Positions 49,780 to 63,853 of a stretch of DNA of 64,000 nucleotides are shown piece after piece. How positions within the stretch are numbered: the first letter of the stretch is position 1; the number at the start of each line of letters is the position of its first letter. Position numbers and translations under genes: made by a program. The notes beneath the pieces are model-generated. The model worked only from the letters and a program-made list of their open reading frames with translations. It ran no database searches and was not told the DNA's origin. This DNA is from Selaginella moellendorffii (taxonomy: Eukaryota > Plantae > Lycopodiophyta), in the NCBI RefSeq assembly GCF_000143415.4, contig NW_003314277.1:803878-867877 (forward strand). The letters run 5' to 3'.

Positions 49780-50580
49780 CTTGCAATCTCCACCACCACT
49801 TCGGACACGTATTGGATGACCGAATCTTTGGAAGCAGTTATGAAAAATGGCGGGCGGGAATTCATCCCCACACATTGAAAGAAGCTTCTGGAGGCAAGGA
49901 AGACACACGGGCCAACATAGATGAAGAGGAGCATGCTCAAGGTAGCAGTGCTGCAGCAGTAATAGCTCAAGAGGTAGCAAGTTCCCTCTCCACAAGGTTT
50001 TAAAGGCAGGAGGATTCATTATATTTCACGAAATTCCATGATTTCAGAAAAGTTCAAGCTTCCACAGTCAGATAGATGAAAATCTGGCTCTCCAGTCTCT
50101 TCATAGCCAACAAGGTTAACGGGTGGTCTACATATAGCACGATTATTTGCAATGACAACTTGGCTAACACGGGTGGAATGCCAATAAGGAGGAATTCTAG
50201 GATCATTCGGCTAGGCTTGGCTAGACCTCAAGTTTGGGGAAAGATTCCTAAGCCTTGATAGTTATCAGCTTATGCTCAACATTCCGATGAAGAAGCAGAA
50301 GGAATCTAAGATACAGATGCTTCGAGCCATACTGCAGTGTAGCTAGGGCCTTCAATGGTTCAAGATTGGCAGTTGTGGGATAAATTCTTAGGTGGGCTCA
50401 AAAAATACTTGTTCACTATGATGGAGAATCAGTTTTCCTGAGATATTCTGAGATGCTGTAAGGGATGCTTGAGAGTTGGATGTCAAGGAGTTGTTCAAGC
50501 AGGCAGATACACGACAAGATTCCATTCCTGCAACAAAATCTCAAGCTAAAGGTAGGAAGGGTAGATCATCAAATGGCAAC
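49780..50580 (+). mobile_element. Decayed gag remnant (copy B), interrupted at 50580 and resuming at about 60293
   Basis: Homologous to 37805-38506. The sequence following ...AAATGGCAAC in copy A (TTTTGGGAAGAAGC) reappears at about 60296. Confidence 0.7.
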
Positions 50581-50587
50581 ACAATCA

Positions 50588-53500
50588 AGACAAACACAAA
50601 CTAAATGACCACTCGAATCCAACTCAACCGCGATAAGCCCACCAACACATCTAGTCAATAGCTCTGAGCATGCCTTGAAGAGGCTAGTTATGCGTAATCA
50701 ACACTTAGTCGAAACTAAAGTGAAGACCACGAGATGAACTCATATTGGTACATAGCCTCTTCATAGACAAAGCTATAGTACGGGTACCAACATCTCAACT
50801 GCAAACAACTAAGTTGGACATCACTATCCTCAGCCAAGGCGCAAAGCCACCAAGACTAAATCAAGATCAGTGAGAGCTCACTACTCTCATAGAGTCTTAG
50901 CGAAATGCAAAGTGCAACCTGCCACCAAGCACAACGCTACAGAAGAAAGGCACAAGGGTCACCTTTCTTACACTAACTCTAGACTTTATCCAACTCAATT
51001 GCCTTAGCCCCAAAAGTTAGCATCCCTTTTGGGTTGCATCATACAAATTACCTACTAAGGTCTAAGCCAACCGAAGTCAACTCCAACCCTTTCACTAGTT
51101 TGTACTGGCTTACGAAAACGGAATGGTTTTCAAGCAAAGTGATCAACAGATCAGCCATTGGATAAGTCTAAGAAAATTTGTAGAAAATTTCCATCCTAGA
51201 GAAAGAATGACTCTCAGTCCAGGAATACAAACTTTCAAGACTCAACCAACTTCCTCCTACTAACAACTTCACATAGGTTCACCCCAACACAAATTCTCAT
51301 GACCCATAGTATGCTTAAGCCTCGAACATCTTTTTGCCCATTCTTTCGACACCCAAACCGACATCCGTAAAATGCAAATGGAACATCCAAGGCTTGATCA
51401 CGAAGACCACATCTTCGGATATCCACATTGCACTAACACTCTTTTTCAACCACTTTCAAGATCCAATGTGAAACTAAAACACTAACAAGAAAAATGATAT
51501 GGAAAATCAAACTCTAAGGAAACTTCCTCATCACTTAAAATAACAATGCCACTTCCACTAACACAAATGCTAATAATGTCAATACCTCAATCTCACACTT
51601 TCTCTATCCAACAATCTACTTCAAGTGTTAACGGATCAACTAATGAGCTATAGCAAATGAATGCTACAACCCTTTCCAACACCTTATGGACAAACCCTCA
51701 AGGAAACAAGGAATCAACTTAAGCTTAGCATAATGGACCACCATCGAGAATCTAGTCAAAGCTACTACAATGCTACTTCGTGCAAGTAGACTAGCTTCAC
51801 TATCAACCACTTTAGGGTTGATCATCATTTACCCAAGCAACTTCGTAAATACATTGCTCATTATCACATGGATATGATATAAATCACAATGACTTAATCA
51901 TCAATCAAGCAACACCACAAGCAACACCCATGTCATTACTTCAAAGGTTTATGTGAGCATCAAGTGCCAACTCAATTCGACAAAATGCAACATAAATGCC
52001 ACACTCCACCGATAGAGATTTTCAACACTAAACACCACTAACTTTTGTTCACAACACGGACAAGCTCATGCCACTCTCTATCCGACCAAACTCAAAACTA
52101 ATCCAACACCAAATTACTCAAGGAGCAATAGCAAAGTTCCCCAGAAAAGAATTGAGCATTGCAACCTAAGTCTTCCAATAGCAAGCTTAGACAAAATGGT
52201 TTAGTGTTTCACCGCTATCCATCCCACAACTCACTATTTGTAGGACTATCATTTCCAACACACATCAAGATAGGGACTCTTGATTGCATGATGTGAGCAC
52301 AAGCAATGAGTTAGCACCTCGTTGCGAATCATCTCTCCGAGAAGAGAAAATGATTTACGTATTTGATCCTCCGTCCCCGATGACTCTCTTTTCGGTCTCA
52401 TCTTTGACCAAACCTCAAGCTTACGTTCGCACTGCCTTCAGTCCAATCCAAGAAAAGTTTATAAGAGAGTATGGCAACAATTACTTGAATCAATAGACTC
52501 ATCCCTACAGTCTTGATTGATCCATTTGTAACCATGCCTAGGAAAGATCCACTAGTGCCGTGCTAAATAGCTATGGACCAGCCTATTTGCCACTTATAGC
52601 AAACTCAGGGAAAGTTTGCTTTCACCCACGGTATATGGAACAACTCATGAAACCATCGATAGGCTAACATTAATCCTGCCAACTCAAAGTGCAACCTTGA
52701 GTTGCTAATGCGCCTCACTCACGAGCCCAAGCGCAAACTCGTGCAAAAATGGGACAACTCAATCCATCTTATAAGCCCAAGAGCAAGCTCACATTATTAC
52801 GGTATAACAAAGTAACTAAATCCATACCCAAGGAACAATTGCGAAGCCTTTGCACCAAACGTGTACCCACTCGGATCATCGTTTTCATCTCTGCGTATGC
52901 AACAAGACTAATTGCCCAATCTCATTGAATAGTATTCGCTGAGACTCATCCTCTGATACCAAATGTAGCGCACGTGGTTTTGACCCTTTATCCTATGGTG
53001 ATTTACCATAGGATAACACCACGAAGCGGTACCTAAACCCTCTTTGTGCCACGTGACAGATGCCATGTGTCACATGCCACATGTCCATGCCACGTGTCCA
53101 TAGGAACCTGAGGTTCAGGGCCTTGGGCCACTAAACGAAGGAACGGTGCCAAACTCCCAAGCATGGAGCCAAGGAGTGACTTCGGGTATCGAAAAATACT
53201 TGTCGACCAGTCCTTATGGACACTCTTTCTTTACTGCCATGACGGCAAGAGGTCGGTACTGCTGGTTCCCTTCAATAGCCCCTCTTGTTCAAGTGTTAAT
53301 TTACTGGGCTTAGCACCTGTACTTAGCCAGATGGACATAAGGTAGGAACTCTTATGTGTTTCTAGCTGAGCATACTCGGCATGGCTCTTAGTACTTTTTT
53401 GCTCTGTCTTGCATTGGCTTGACAAGAACCCTCGCGTATTGAGATTGGTCCCTCAATATCGCCGGATGATAGCTTACCGTGTCTGCCAAACACCCTCGTT

Positions 53501-56500
53501 ATCATGCCCTTTGTGTTAGTCTCATTTCGGTCCCAAATGCTATTTATGGAAAGTGTCCAGATTTGCTCATTTGGCATATCTACGGAATGTAGAGATCGGC
53601 CTGAACACAATGGTTCCAAATGTATAGTTGGGATAGTGGGTAGGTCGGGCATGGCCGACCAACCTGAGGCATAGTTTAGCTCCCGCTTGTGTGCCTGTCC
53701 TTGTTTTGCGTCCGGCTTGGGTCTAAGCCTAAGTTCCATTCCATGCTAGCTGGTGGAGTACCCATATCCTCGCGTTAGGCTACCGATATGCCGAAATAGC
53801 GCCAGACTCCGTTTGGCTCTGTTTTGCGTGCTGGTCTTGGCATTAGGATGCTGGTTGCTCCAGGACTGTTCCAAGTCGCTCCGGGCTCTTGTCCCTTCGC
53901 TCCTTGGGCTTTATGCTCGGGAGTTGCTCCATGGTTTGGTTCCGTCACTCCTTGGCTCCATGCTTGGGAGTTTGGCACCGTTCCTTCGTTCAGTGGCCCA
54001 AGGCCCTGAACCTCAGGTCCCTATGGACACATGGCATGTGACACATGGCATCTGTCACGTGGCACAAAGAGGGTTTAGGTACCACTTCGTGGTGTTATCC
54101 TATGGTAAATCAGTATAGGATAAAGGGTCAAAACCACGTGCGCTACATTTGGTATCAGAGGATGAGTCTCAGCAAGTACTATTCAATGAGATTGGGCAAT
54201 TAGTCTTGTTGCATACGCAAAGATGAAAACGATGATCCGAGTGGGTACACATTTGGTGCAAAGGCTTCGCAATTGTTCCTTGGGTATGGATTTGGTTACT
54301 TTGTTATATCGTAATAATGTGAGCTTGCTCTTGGGCTCATAAGATGGATTGAGTTGTCCCATTTTTGCACGAGTTTGCGCTTGGGCTCGTGAGTGAGGCG
54401 CATTAGCAACTCAAGGTTGCACTTTGAGTTGGCAGGATTAATGTTAACCTATCGGTGGTTTCATGAGTTGTTCCATATACTGTGGGTGAAAGTAAACTTT
54501 CCCTGAGTTTGCTATAAGTGGCAAATAGGCTGGTCCATAGCTATTTAGCACGGCACTAGTGGATCTTTCCTAGGCATGGTTACAAATGGATCAATCAAGA
54601 CTGTAGGGATGAGTCTATTGATTCAAGTAATTGTTGCCATACTCTCTCATAAACTTTTCTTGGATTGGACTGAAGGCAGTGCAAACGCAAGCTTGAGGTT
54701 TGGTCAAAGATGAGACCGAAAAGAGAGTCATCGGGGACGGAGGATCAAATACGTAAATCATTTTCTCTTCTCGGAGAGATGATTCGCAACGAGGTGCTAA
54801 CTCATTGCTTGTGCTCACATCATGCAATCAAGAGTCCCTATCTTGATGTGTGTTGGAAATGATAGTCCTACAAATAGTGAGTTGTGGGATGGATAGCGGT
54901 GAAACGCTAAACCATTTTGTCTAAGCTTGCTATTGGAAGACTTAGGTTGCAATGCTCAATTCTTTTCTGGGGAACTTTGCTATTGCTCCTTGAGTAATTT
55001 GGTGTTGGATTAGTTTTGAGTTTGGTCGGATAGAGAGTGGCATGAGCTTGTCCGTGTTGTGAACAAAAGTTAGTGGTATTTAGTGTTGAAAATCTCTATC
55101 GGTGGAGTGTGGCATTTATGTTGCATTTTGTCGAATTGAGTTGGCATTTGATGCTCACATAAACCTTTGAAGTAATGACATGGGTGTTGCTTGTGGTGTT
55201 GCTTGATTGATGATTAAGTCATTGTAATTTATATCATATCCATGTGATAATGAGCAATGTGTTTACGAAGTTGCTTGGGTAAATGATGATCAACCCTAAA
55301 GTGGTTGATAGTGAAGCTAGTCTACTTGCACGAAGTAGCATTGTAGTAGCTTTGACTAGATTCTCGATGGTGGTCCATTATGCTAAGCTTAAGTTGGTTC
55401 CTTGTTTCCTTGAGGGTTTGTCTATAAGGTGTTGGAAAGGGTTGTAGCATTCATTTGCTATAGCTCATTAGTTGATCCGTTAACACTTGAAGTAGATTGT
55501 TGGATAGAGAAGGTGTGAGATTGAGGTATTGACATTACTAGCATTTGTGTTAGTGGAAGTGGCATTGTTATTTTAAGTGATGAGGAAGTTTCTTTAGAAC
55601 TTGATTTTCCATGTCATTTTTCTTGTTAGTGTTTTAGTTTCACATTGGATCTTGAAAGTGGTTGAAAAAGAGTGTTAGTGCAATGTGGATATCCGAAGAT
55701 GTGGTCTTCGTGATCAAGCCTTAGATGTTCCATTTGCATTTTATGGATGTCGGTTTGGGTGTCGAAAGAATGGGCAAAAAGATGTTCGAGGCTTAAGCAT
55801 ACTATGGGTCATGAGAATTTGTGTTGGGGTGAACCTATGTGAAGTTGTTAGTAGGAGGAAGTTGGTTGAGTCTTGAAAGTTTGTATTCCTGGACTGAGAG
55901 TCATTCTTTCTCTAGGATGGAAATTTTCTACAAATTTTCTTAGACTTATCCAATGGCTGATCTGTTGATCACTTTGCTCGAAAACCATTCCGTTTTCGTA
56001 AGCCAGTACAAACTAGTGAAAGGGTTGGAGTTGACTTCGGTTGGCTTAGACCTTAGTAGGTAATTTGTATGATGCAACCCAAAAGGGATGCTAACTTTTG
56101 GGGCTAAGGCAATTGAGTTGGATAAAGTCTGGAGTTAGTGTAAGAAAGGTGACCCTTGTGCCTTTCTTCTGTAGCGTTGTGCTTGGTGGCAGGTTGCACT
56201 TTGCATTTCGCTAAGACTCTATGAGAGTAGTGAACTCTCACTGATCTTGATTTAGTCTTGGTGGCTTTGCGCCTTGGCTGAGGATAGTGATGTCCAACTT
56301 AGTTGTTTGCAGTTGAGATGTTGGTACCCGTACTATAGCTTTGTCTATGAAGAGGCTGTGTACCAATATGAGTTCATCTCGTGGTCTTCACTTTAGTTTC
56401 GACTAAGTGTTGATTACGCATAACTAGCCTCTTCAAGGCATGCTCAGAGCTATTGACTAGATGTGTTGGTGGGCTTATCGCGGTTGAGTTGGATTCGAGT

Positions 56501-56523
56501 GGTCATTTAGTTTGTGTTTGTCT
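50588..56523. repeat. Large inverted repeat: arms 50588-53180 and 53944-56523, spacer about 760 bp
   Basis: Mirror ORFs (51235-51426 minus vs 55685-55876 plus, identical; 52284-52496 plus vs 54615-54827 minus, near-identical) and directly checked arm ends. Confidence 0.95.
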
Positions 56524-59500
56524 ATGAACCTTTATCTCATACCTGGGGTATCACGTTCATGTTAAACAAGTATGTAACTCAATGACGTGAGTTTAGTGTT
56601 TGGGTCTTGTGAAGGCAAGTTGAAGAGTGATTGTTGGTTGCTTTGTGACTAGTTATTGCTTGTAGATTTTGTCAAGGGCTTTTGACACTTGCTTCACTCG
56701 ATGATGATTTAGCAGTGATGGGCTTGCTTTACCGAATGGTGTTGCGGAGGATTGTGTCGTTAGACTTACATGGGTTTTCCATGTTGGCATGTCGACTCTA
56801 TCTCTGTCAATATCATTTGGTTGCGTTTAGTTCATAGTGTTGGATTTCATTGAGTCTTGAACGTGGTGATTCACTCCTTGAGGAAGTGTTATCTGTAACT
56901 GAGTTTTGTTAAAGGATTGGTCTCAGATACTAATTAAAGTATCTTCAACCTTGGTTAGCTTAGTTGCTAGAAAGTTTTGAGTGGTGATTCACTCTTGCTT
57001 TCTTCTAGCTTTGCTATAGTGTTGATGGCATTGAAGTGATGCTTTGTCGTTGACATTGTTGATATTGAGTTTCATTAGTCTTGATGAAGATAGTGTTGAT
57101 GATTTGGCTATATCTTTGTGTTATTGGCATTCATGCATTTGTTAGTTAGCAATTGTATTGACATTCAAATGAACTGAGTGGCAAGTTAAGTTAGTTATGT
57201 TCTAGACGAGATTATTTAGTAGGGGTTGAGCTTTAGCTTTTCCTTGAAAAGTGATTTAGTCGTGAACTATGCTAACTTTACGAGATGAAGAATTAGTGTT
57301 CGATATTAAACTATTTGAGTCCTTATTGGATTTCAGTTGGGATATATCGATCGTTGATGATTCTTCTTGTGCTTGTTATGAAGTGAGTTACGTCTTGCTA
57401 TAGATGGATTCATGGAGGATTGATTAGATGATCACTTGTTGAGCATAGCTTCGTTATGCTTAGCTTTTGGATTAATGCAGACATGCTCTTCATTAACTTT
57501 GCATTATGAAGTTTAGCTTATGGATGTGTTGAGGAAGATATTGCGGATTGCACCATGATTTCTTTTTTGACATTGAAGTTAGTTCATGCAAGGCTTGTGA
57601 TCATTATTATGCAAGACTTGGCTATAAACTTCTTCAAGCTTTTGGTTCTTTGAGTTTTTATGCTCATTGTTCCATTTGTTAGAAGTTTTTGGGGAAGGCA
57701 TTTTGGCTCATTAGCTTCAGTGTTAAAGTTGGCTTTTGCATCTAGCAATCATTGGTGATGATTGACTATCATTTAGGATAGTTGATTAACCTTCTCAAAA
57801 GGTTTGCTTGATTATTGTTGGTATAGAATTATTTGCTATTCTTCGGGATGGTAGATTGCTTCTTTGACGGTGATTTTGCATATCTCCTTTTGATGGGATG
57901 ATTGATAATCTTTCATGATGGTTAGTTGTTCTCCTTGATAGTTTATGGCTTTTCGCAATACCACATGTTCATTGTGGTTTGCTCTGTATTGGTCTCTTGG
58001 GTTTGAGACATCGGTAGGATGTTGTTGACACTTGCTTAGGCAACTTGAGTTCCTTGGTATTGTTGGCTGAGATCTATTCAGATTGGCTTTTATGATAGTT
58101 GGTAGGAATGAGTGTTTGTTGGTCTTACCGCATTCATTCTCTTTTGTTGATTGTTGCTCAAGTTAGTTTTGATAGATTTGGATGTTATTTCCTTTGGGTG
58201 ATACATTCGTGAGCATTTTGCTTGTCAGTCAATGATACTTTGTGTTCTTTGAGTTATTTTTCGTTAAGTTGTTTGGCATTTTGTCTGCAATCTTTAATAG
58301 TTAAACTTTATCATTGAGTTTACTTAATGATATACTTGCTATTGAATTTTGTTTGATGGTGAATCCTATGTTTACCAGTTATGATGATCTTAGTGGTTCC
58401 TGCACTATTATACTGGTTTATCAGATGATAACTTGCTTAGAATACTTTTGTGTTCTACTCTAAGATATAATCACAGATAATTAAGCTTCTAAGATACCAT
58501 TGTCTCTGACTTTGATATTGTCCATCTATTGATCTTTGAGTTTAGGCCAATATAGGCAGACTGGCTTCAGCACTTCGTGTGCATGGTGAAATCTTTAGTC
58601 ATGGGGTAGCTACTGTCGACTGGTCACATAACCCGCCTCTCTGTCGATGTTCCTTATTCCGTTAAAAAGGGCGTGACCGTGTAAACAACTCTAACTGCTT
58701 GTTTACAGTAGTCTATCTAAACCTTACCGACGGGTTTGGTTTCTTTGCTCATGAGGGTTGGGGCCTCTAGCTTCTCTCTCTATGTTCCTGCGGGCAGGGG
58801 CATATCACACTTTTGTAAGCTGGGAGCCAACGGGAATGATGAACTTTGGCCAAAAGTGGTGGAGAGAGAAAGAGAGAGAGCTACATGGTACTCAAGTGGG
58901 GCACCAATCTACTTGACTCCCAGAGCAGCAAGGGTGGCTAACTCTGTTGATCATTTCCTTGTCGGCGACGGCCGGAAAGTGTCTTAGCTGGTAGCGCATT
59001 CGCGTTAGACAAAGAGGTTGCCTCCTAACTCATTTAAGTTGGTGCATTTCTCACATAGTGTGAGTACCGTGAATTTTTTCTGGAGTTGTTTCCTTGGCAG
59101 TATTCTAGACTCGAGTATGCATCGACAAGGACGTCGATCTTCCCTAGGGGGGGAGAATGTCGCGAATGTGACTTCGGGTATCGAAAGATACTTGTCAACC
59201 AGTCCTTACGGACACTCTTTCCTTACTGCCATGACGGCAGGAGGTCGGTACTGCTGGTTCCTTTCAATAGCCCCTCTTGTTCAAGTGTTAGTTTACTGGG
59301 CTTAGCACCTGTACTTAGCCAGATGGACATAAGGTAGGAACTTCTATGTGTTTCTAGCTGAGCATACTCGACATGGCTCTTAGTTCTTTTTTGCTCTGTC
59401 TTGCACTGGCTTGACAAGAACCCTCGCGTATTGAGATTGGTCCCTCAATATCGCCGAATGATAGCTTACCGTGTCTGCCAAACACCCTCGCTATCATGCC

Positions 59501-60292
59501 CTTTGTGTTAGTCTCATTTCGGTCCCAAATGCTATTTATGGAAAGTGTCCAGATTTGCTCATTTGGCATATCTACGGAATGTAGAGATCGGCCTGAACAC
59601 AATGGTGTTTGTCCCATGTCCAAATTCGCAATCTAGGGACATTCCATATTTAGTAAGTTTCGAGCTTGTCCCAGAGACTAACTCCTGATACTAAAGGAGG
59701 CTTGGGGTGAAAGCCCAAAGCGTGTGTTCCTTAAGGGGGGGGGGGGGGCTATGGGGGGTTCCAAATGTATAGTTGGGATAGTGGGTAGGTCGGGCATGGC
59801 CGACCAACCTGAGGCATAGTTTAGCTCCCGCTTGCGTGCCTGTCCTTGTTTTGCGTCCGGCTTGGGTCTAAGCCTAAGTTCCATTCCATGCTAGTTAGTG
59901 GAGTACCCATATCCTCACGTTAGGCTACCGATATGCCGAAATAGCGCCAGACTCCGTTTGGCTCTGTTTTGCGTGCTGGTCTTGGCATTAGGATGCTGGT
60001 TGCTCCAGGACTGTTCCAAGTCGCTCCGGGCTCCTGTCCCTTTGCTCCTTGGGCTTTATGCTCGGGAGTTGTTCCATGGTTTGGTTCCGTCACTCCTTGG
60101 CTCCATGCTTGGGAGTTTGGCACCGTTCCTTCGTTCAGTGGCCCAAGGCCCTGAACCTCAGGTTCCTATGGACACGTGGCATGTGACACATGGCATCTGT
60201 CACGTGGCACAAAGAGGGTTTAGGTACCGCTTCGTGGTGTTATCTTATGGTAAATCACCATAGGATAAAGGGTCAAAACCACATATGCTACA
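53176..60292 (+). mobile_element. Non-autonomous LTR retrotransposon (LARD-like)
   Basis: 5' LTR about 53176-54147 (5'-clipped, about 150-bp internal deletion); PBS TGGTATCAGAG at 54150; about 5 kb T/G-rich interior without long ORFs; PPT AGGGGGGGAGAA; 3' LTR 59158-60292 with TG..CA ends. Confidence 0.9.
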
Positions 60293-61389
60293 TTCTTTTG
60301 GGAAGAAGCTAATAGATTGAGCATTTAGGGATTCTGGATCAAGCCAAAGAACTAGAAATGATCTTGATACAAAGGAGATAATCACTAGGCCAATTATCTT
60401 TTGAATCAGAAAAGTTCAGCAAATCATATGGTGGTAACTGAGGATTCAGGTAAGGAAGAGGATCATGAAGAAGTAGAGACACATGATCCTTGAAAAGAAA
60501 GAGAGGAAGAATCTTTTCTATATCCAATGTTCATGAGCAATAGAAGAGGATGGATGAGAAAAAGAAGGTTTTGGAAAAGAAGAAATCTTAATCAAGCTAA
60601 TCAAGTTGTCCCAACAAAGATCTAAAGCTAGAGATATAAGAGATGGACCAAGAATCTCCAATTCAAGTTTAGCTCAATCATATTTTTGTAAACTCATGAA
60701 TTTGAATTTCTTTGGGAACCCAAAGACCATTCAAACCCTCGAAAGTGTGTTTTAATCTATGTGGCACTAAGGCAAGGAGAGGAGATCCACTGGATATTTC
60801 TTTGCGATATCAAGAGTTTTACTATAAAGCAAAGTGCAAAAAAAGATTTTCAATCCAGTTTTAAGAGATTTTCTGGGAATAGGAGATATAAATAGGCTAA
60901 GCCTTACCCCTTTTTTGAAGTATTTAAAAAGTGTTTAATAATAATCTTGTAGAAGAAAGTGTTTTCTAGAGGGATCTCATGGCATGCCAGTTGTGTATGG
61001 GCATTCCACAGCCTGCTAGTGGCAACACAATGGCTCTAGAATAATAGTCTTGAATATGAAAGTGTTCTTGAGGGTTAAATCTTCAAAGTGTTCTTCTAAG
61101 AGGATTAAGAGGGTTTGAGGGAGAATTCTAGAGTAGGAGAGAGTGCCTCATAGCCTACTAATAGCAATGCAATAACTCTAAGTAGATCTAATCAACAAAA
61201 GAGTGTTCTTAGTCTCTTTATTGCAAAGGTATGTGATAGTGGGGCAATTGGGGCTAATTGCACTTTGCCTGGTACTTTGGAGCTCCTATCCTGCCAATTC
61301 CAAGGTGGCTTACAGCTGGCCAATGGAAACACAATGGCCTCAAGCCATCCCCTCCCCTCTAAATGCCCTTCTTCATCAAAATAGTGTTA

Positions 61390-62049
61390 GATAAAATTTA
61401 GCATAATTTCAGTATAACAATGGCTTAATATGAGGGTACCCCACTAACTAGAGTAACAAGATGCAAAATAAAAAATAATATAGCCTAGTGAGAGCTAAAC
61501 TAATTTTTTAAGTGGTTGAGTCCACCCCCCCTTTAAAACACACTTTGGGCTTTCACCCCAATCTCAAGAGTTAATTTTTGGGATAAACTTCAAAATTTAC
61601 TAAATATAAAACTATGCTATGTTGTGAATTGAGAAACTTATTATAAATAACATATATAACTTAAATGGACCAACATGTGGGGTATGATAGCAAGGGTGTC
61701 TAGCAAACACAGTAAATTATCACATATCAATATTGAGGGACTAAACTCAATATCATAGAGTTTTCAACACTAGCAAGTGCAAGTTAATAACATGAATTTC
61801 TCATTTAACATGTTAAATATGTTTGACTTAATGACAACTTAGGATTTGATTCTCTATCACTACAGCCAAGACCTCCTTCCTTAGTGCCTTTCCAATTTAA
61901 ATGCATATATGTTAATCTCAACTAGCTTAAATGAAGATTAACAAAGAAAATTAAGAATACCGACCTATTGCTGTTATGGCAGTAAAAGAAAGTGTTCATA
62001 AGGATTAGCTAATAAGTATCTTTTAACACCTGAAGTTATATTTGCAACA
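61390..62049 (-). mobile_element. Old, decayed partial LTR of the LARD family
   Basis: The reverse complement aligns with 59158-59950 and is heavily AT-shifted. Confidence 0.7.
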
Positions 62050-63246
62050 ATAGATAAATAAACTAAGTGGTAAAAACATTCTTTAAATTCTATAGATATG
62101 CCCAATTGAAATATCTAACACCTAGATCAACCTATAACATAGTAAAAACTATTATATAGTAATATTAACACAATATCAAAATACTAGGAAGTGCAAGTTA
62201 ATTTATAAGTTTCTCTAACTAAAGTATATTTTACTGTTTTACTAATAGCACTTAAAAATTAATGAGTTTCTCTAAATAGATGAAGTATACTTTATTAATA
62301 GCACGTAAAAATTTAGTCCATGATTGATTAGTTTCTTAATTAATTTGGGTAGAGACTAATAAAGGAACTAATAGTACTAACCTCCTAGAATTTGCCAACA
62401 ACTATTTTTAATATCCAAAGTCACATTCATGACAATTGTAAAAGTTGTCTATAATGTGATATCAATAAAACAAGAAAGAGGATTTTCATGGTGCTACGGT
62501 AGAATTTAACTCCAAGCCATGAAAAACTCAACAAAGAAACTTTCTTTAAAAGAAAAATTCTGAACAAAAGAAAACATCTATGCTTAATGCTTCTCTCCAA
62601 CACTTACTAATGGAGACTCTGAAAAAAGGACGGAAAAAAAAAATATATTGCCTCTAAGATTGAGCTTGAAAATTGATTAAATTCTCCATTATCATCTTTG
62701 CAGCTAGCACTTAAAGATGCCTTTATTCTTTTCATTCTTTTCTGATATGAAGAGTTTTTATATATTTTTTGATGATCTAGCCACTTTGTCTCTATTGTTG
62801 CTAAACCCATGACCACAACTAGTGCTTACAATCATCTTGTTATTATTACTGTTGCAAGAAGAGCAAAAACAAGCCAAGTTTCTATGAAGCCACTGGGTAC
62901 TACTACACAATGTTAAGTATCATCTTCAAGACAAATCTACAAAGAGATTCCTTACATCTTAGTTTTTCTAAAGAAAACCAAACATTAAATTATTTAAAGA
63001 TGAGAGTGATACTATAGAAGGCTGGCCTTCAGAATGATTATAGGCGTGTTTGAAGGGGCTGATTGGAGAAAAGATTCGAATGCAAGGATGATTGATGCAA
63101 ATGATTCTTTCTAGGAGATCATTAATAGATCTACCAACTTCTAATATCAATTCTTAAATACGTGATTTGCCTAAACCTTATATTGTAATATTCCATGTAA
63201 GAATCATCAATTATTCATGTGAGCATGAAATATTCTTATATATATA

Positions 63247-63552
63247 TCAGTTGCAAGGGCCTCCAAGGTCAACCTTGATAGCACAGAGCTGATTGAGATG
63301 GAAGACCACGTCCAGCTCCACAGGCAACCCAGTAGTGGCAGGATTGCCCATGGCACACAGGCAATTGTTTAGCACGGTAGTGAGCGTGGAGCAGCAGTCA
63401 CTCTGGGAGGCCCCCATGATGCAGCTGGCCGCGGGCAAAACATTGCAAGTCCGGCCTTGAGCTGAGACTGATGCTGGCCCAAATGTTACAACCATAAGAA
63501 CAACATACAATGTCACAACAGCAAAAGCCATCCATGGAAACTTTAGACCCAT
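63247..63552 (-). CDS. Non-specific lipid transfer protein / 8-cysteine-motif secreted protein
   Basis: Signal peptide followed by C-Xn-C-Xn-CC-Xn-CXC-Xn-C-Xn-C. Confidence 0.85.
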   Translation of the reverse strand: MGLKFPWMAFAVVTLYVVLMVVTFGPASVSAQGRTCNVLPAASCIMGASQSDCCSTLTTVLNNCLCAMGNPATTGLPVELDVVFHLNQLCAIKVDLGGPCN

Positions 63553-63780
63553 TTCAAATCCAAAGGGAGATTGATTGTAAATCTATGGGAGCTATGGATC
63601 TTGGAAGACCAGCATTGCCTTTTTATACCTTGGGTTGGAGGAGGCATGAATAATGAAAGGTTTTGCATGGTGTTGTAGTTGTTGTCTTGACATACACTTG
63701 GGCTTGTGATTGCTTCCAAGCAAACCACATCTGAGGAATCGAAAAAGTAAAGAGAGGGAAAGAAGGGCACGAAAGGAATC

Positions 63781-63853
63781 CGCGCCAGGCAGGGATCGAA
63801 CCTGCGACTTTCTGCTTAGGAAACAGACGCTCTATCCGCTGAGCTACAGGCGC
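63781..63853 (-). tRNA. tRNA-Arg (anticodon CCT)
   Basis: GCGCCTGTAGCTCAGCGGATAGAGCGTCTGTTTCCTAAGCAGAAAGTCGCAGGTTCGATCCCTGCCTGGCGCG folds as a cloverleaf with A and B boxes. Confidence 0.97.

Noticed and set aside
53753-54118. 121-aa hydrophobic ORF repeated at 59898-60263
   Set aside because: It lies within the LTRs, has a non-ATG start, and its conservation simply reflects LTR identity.
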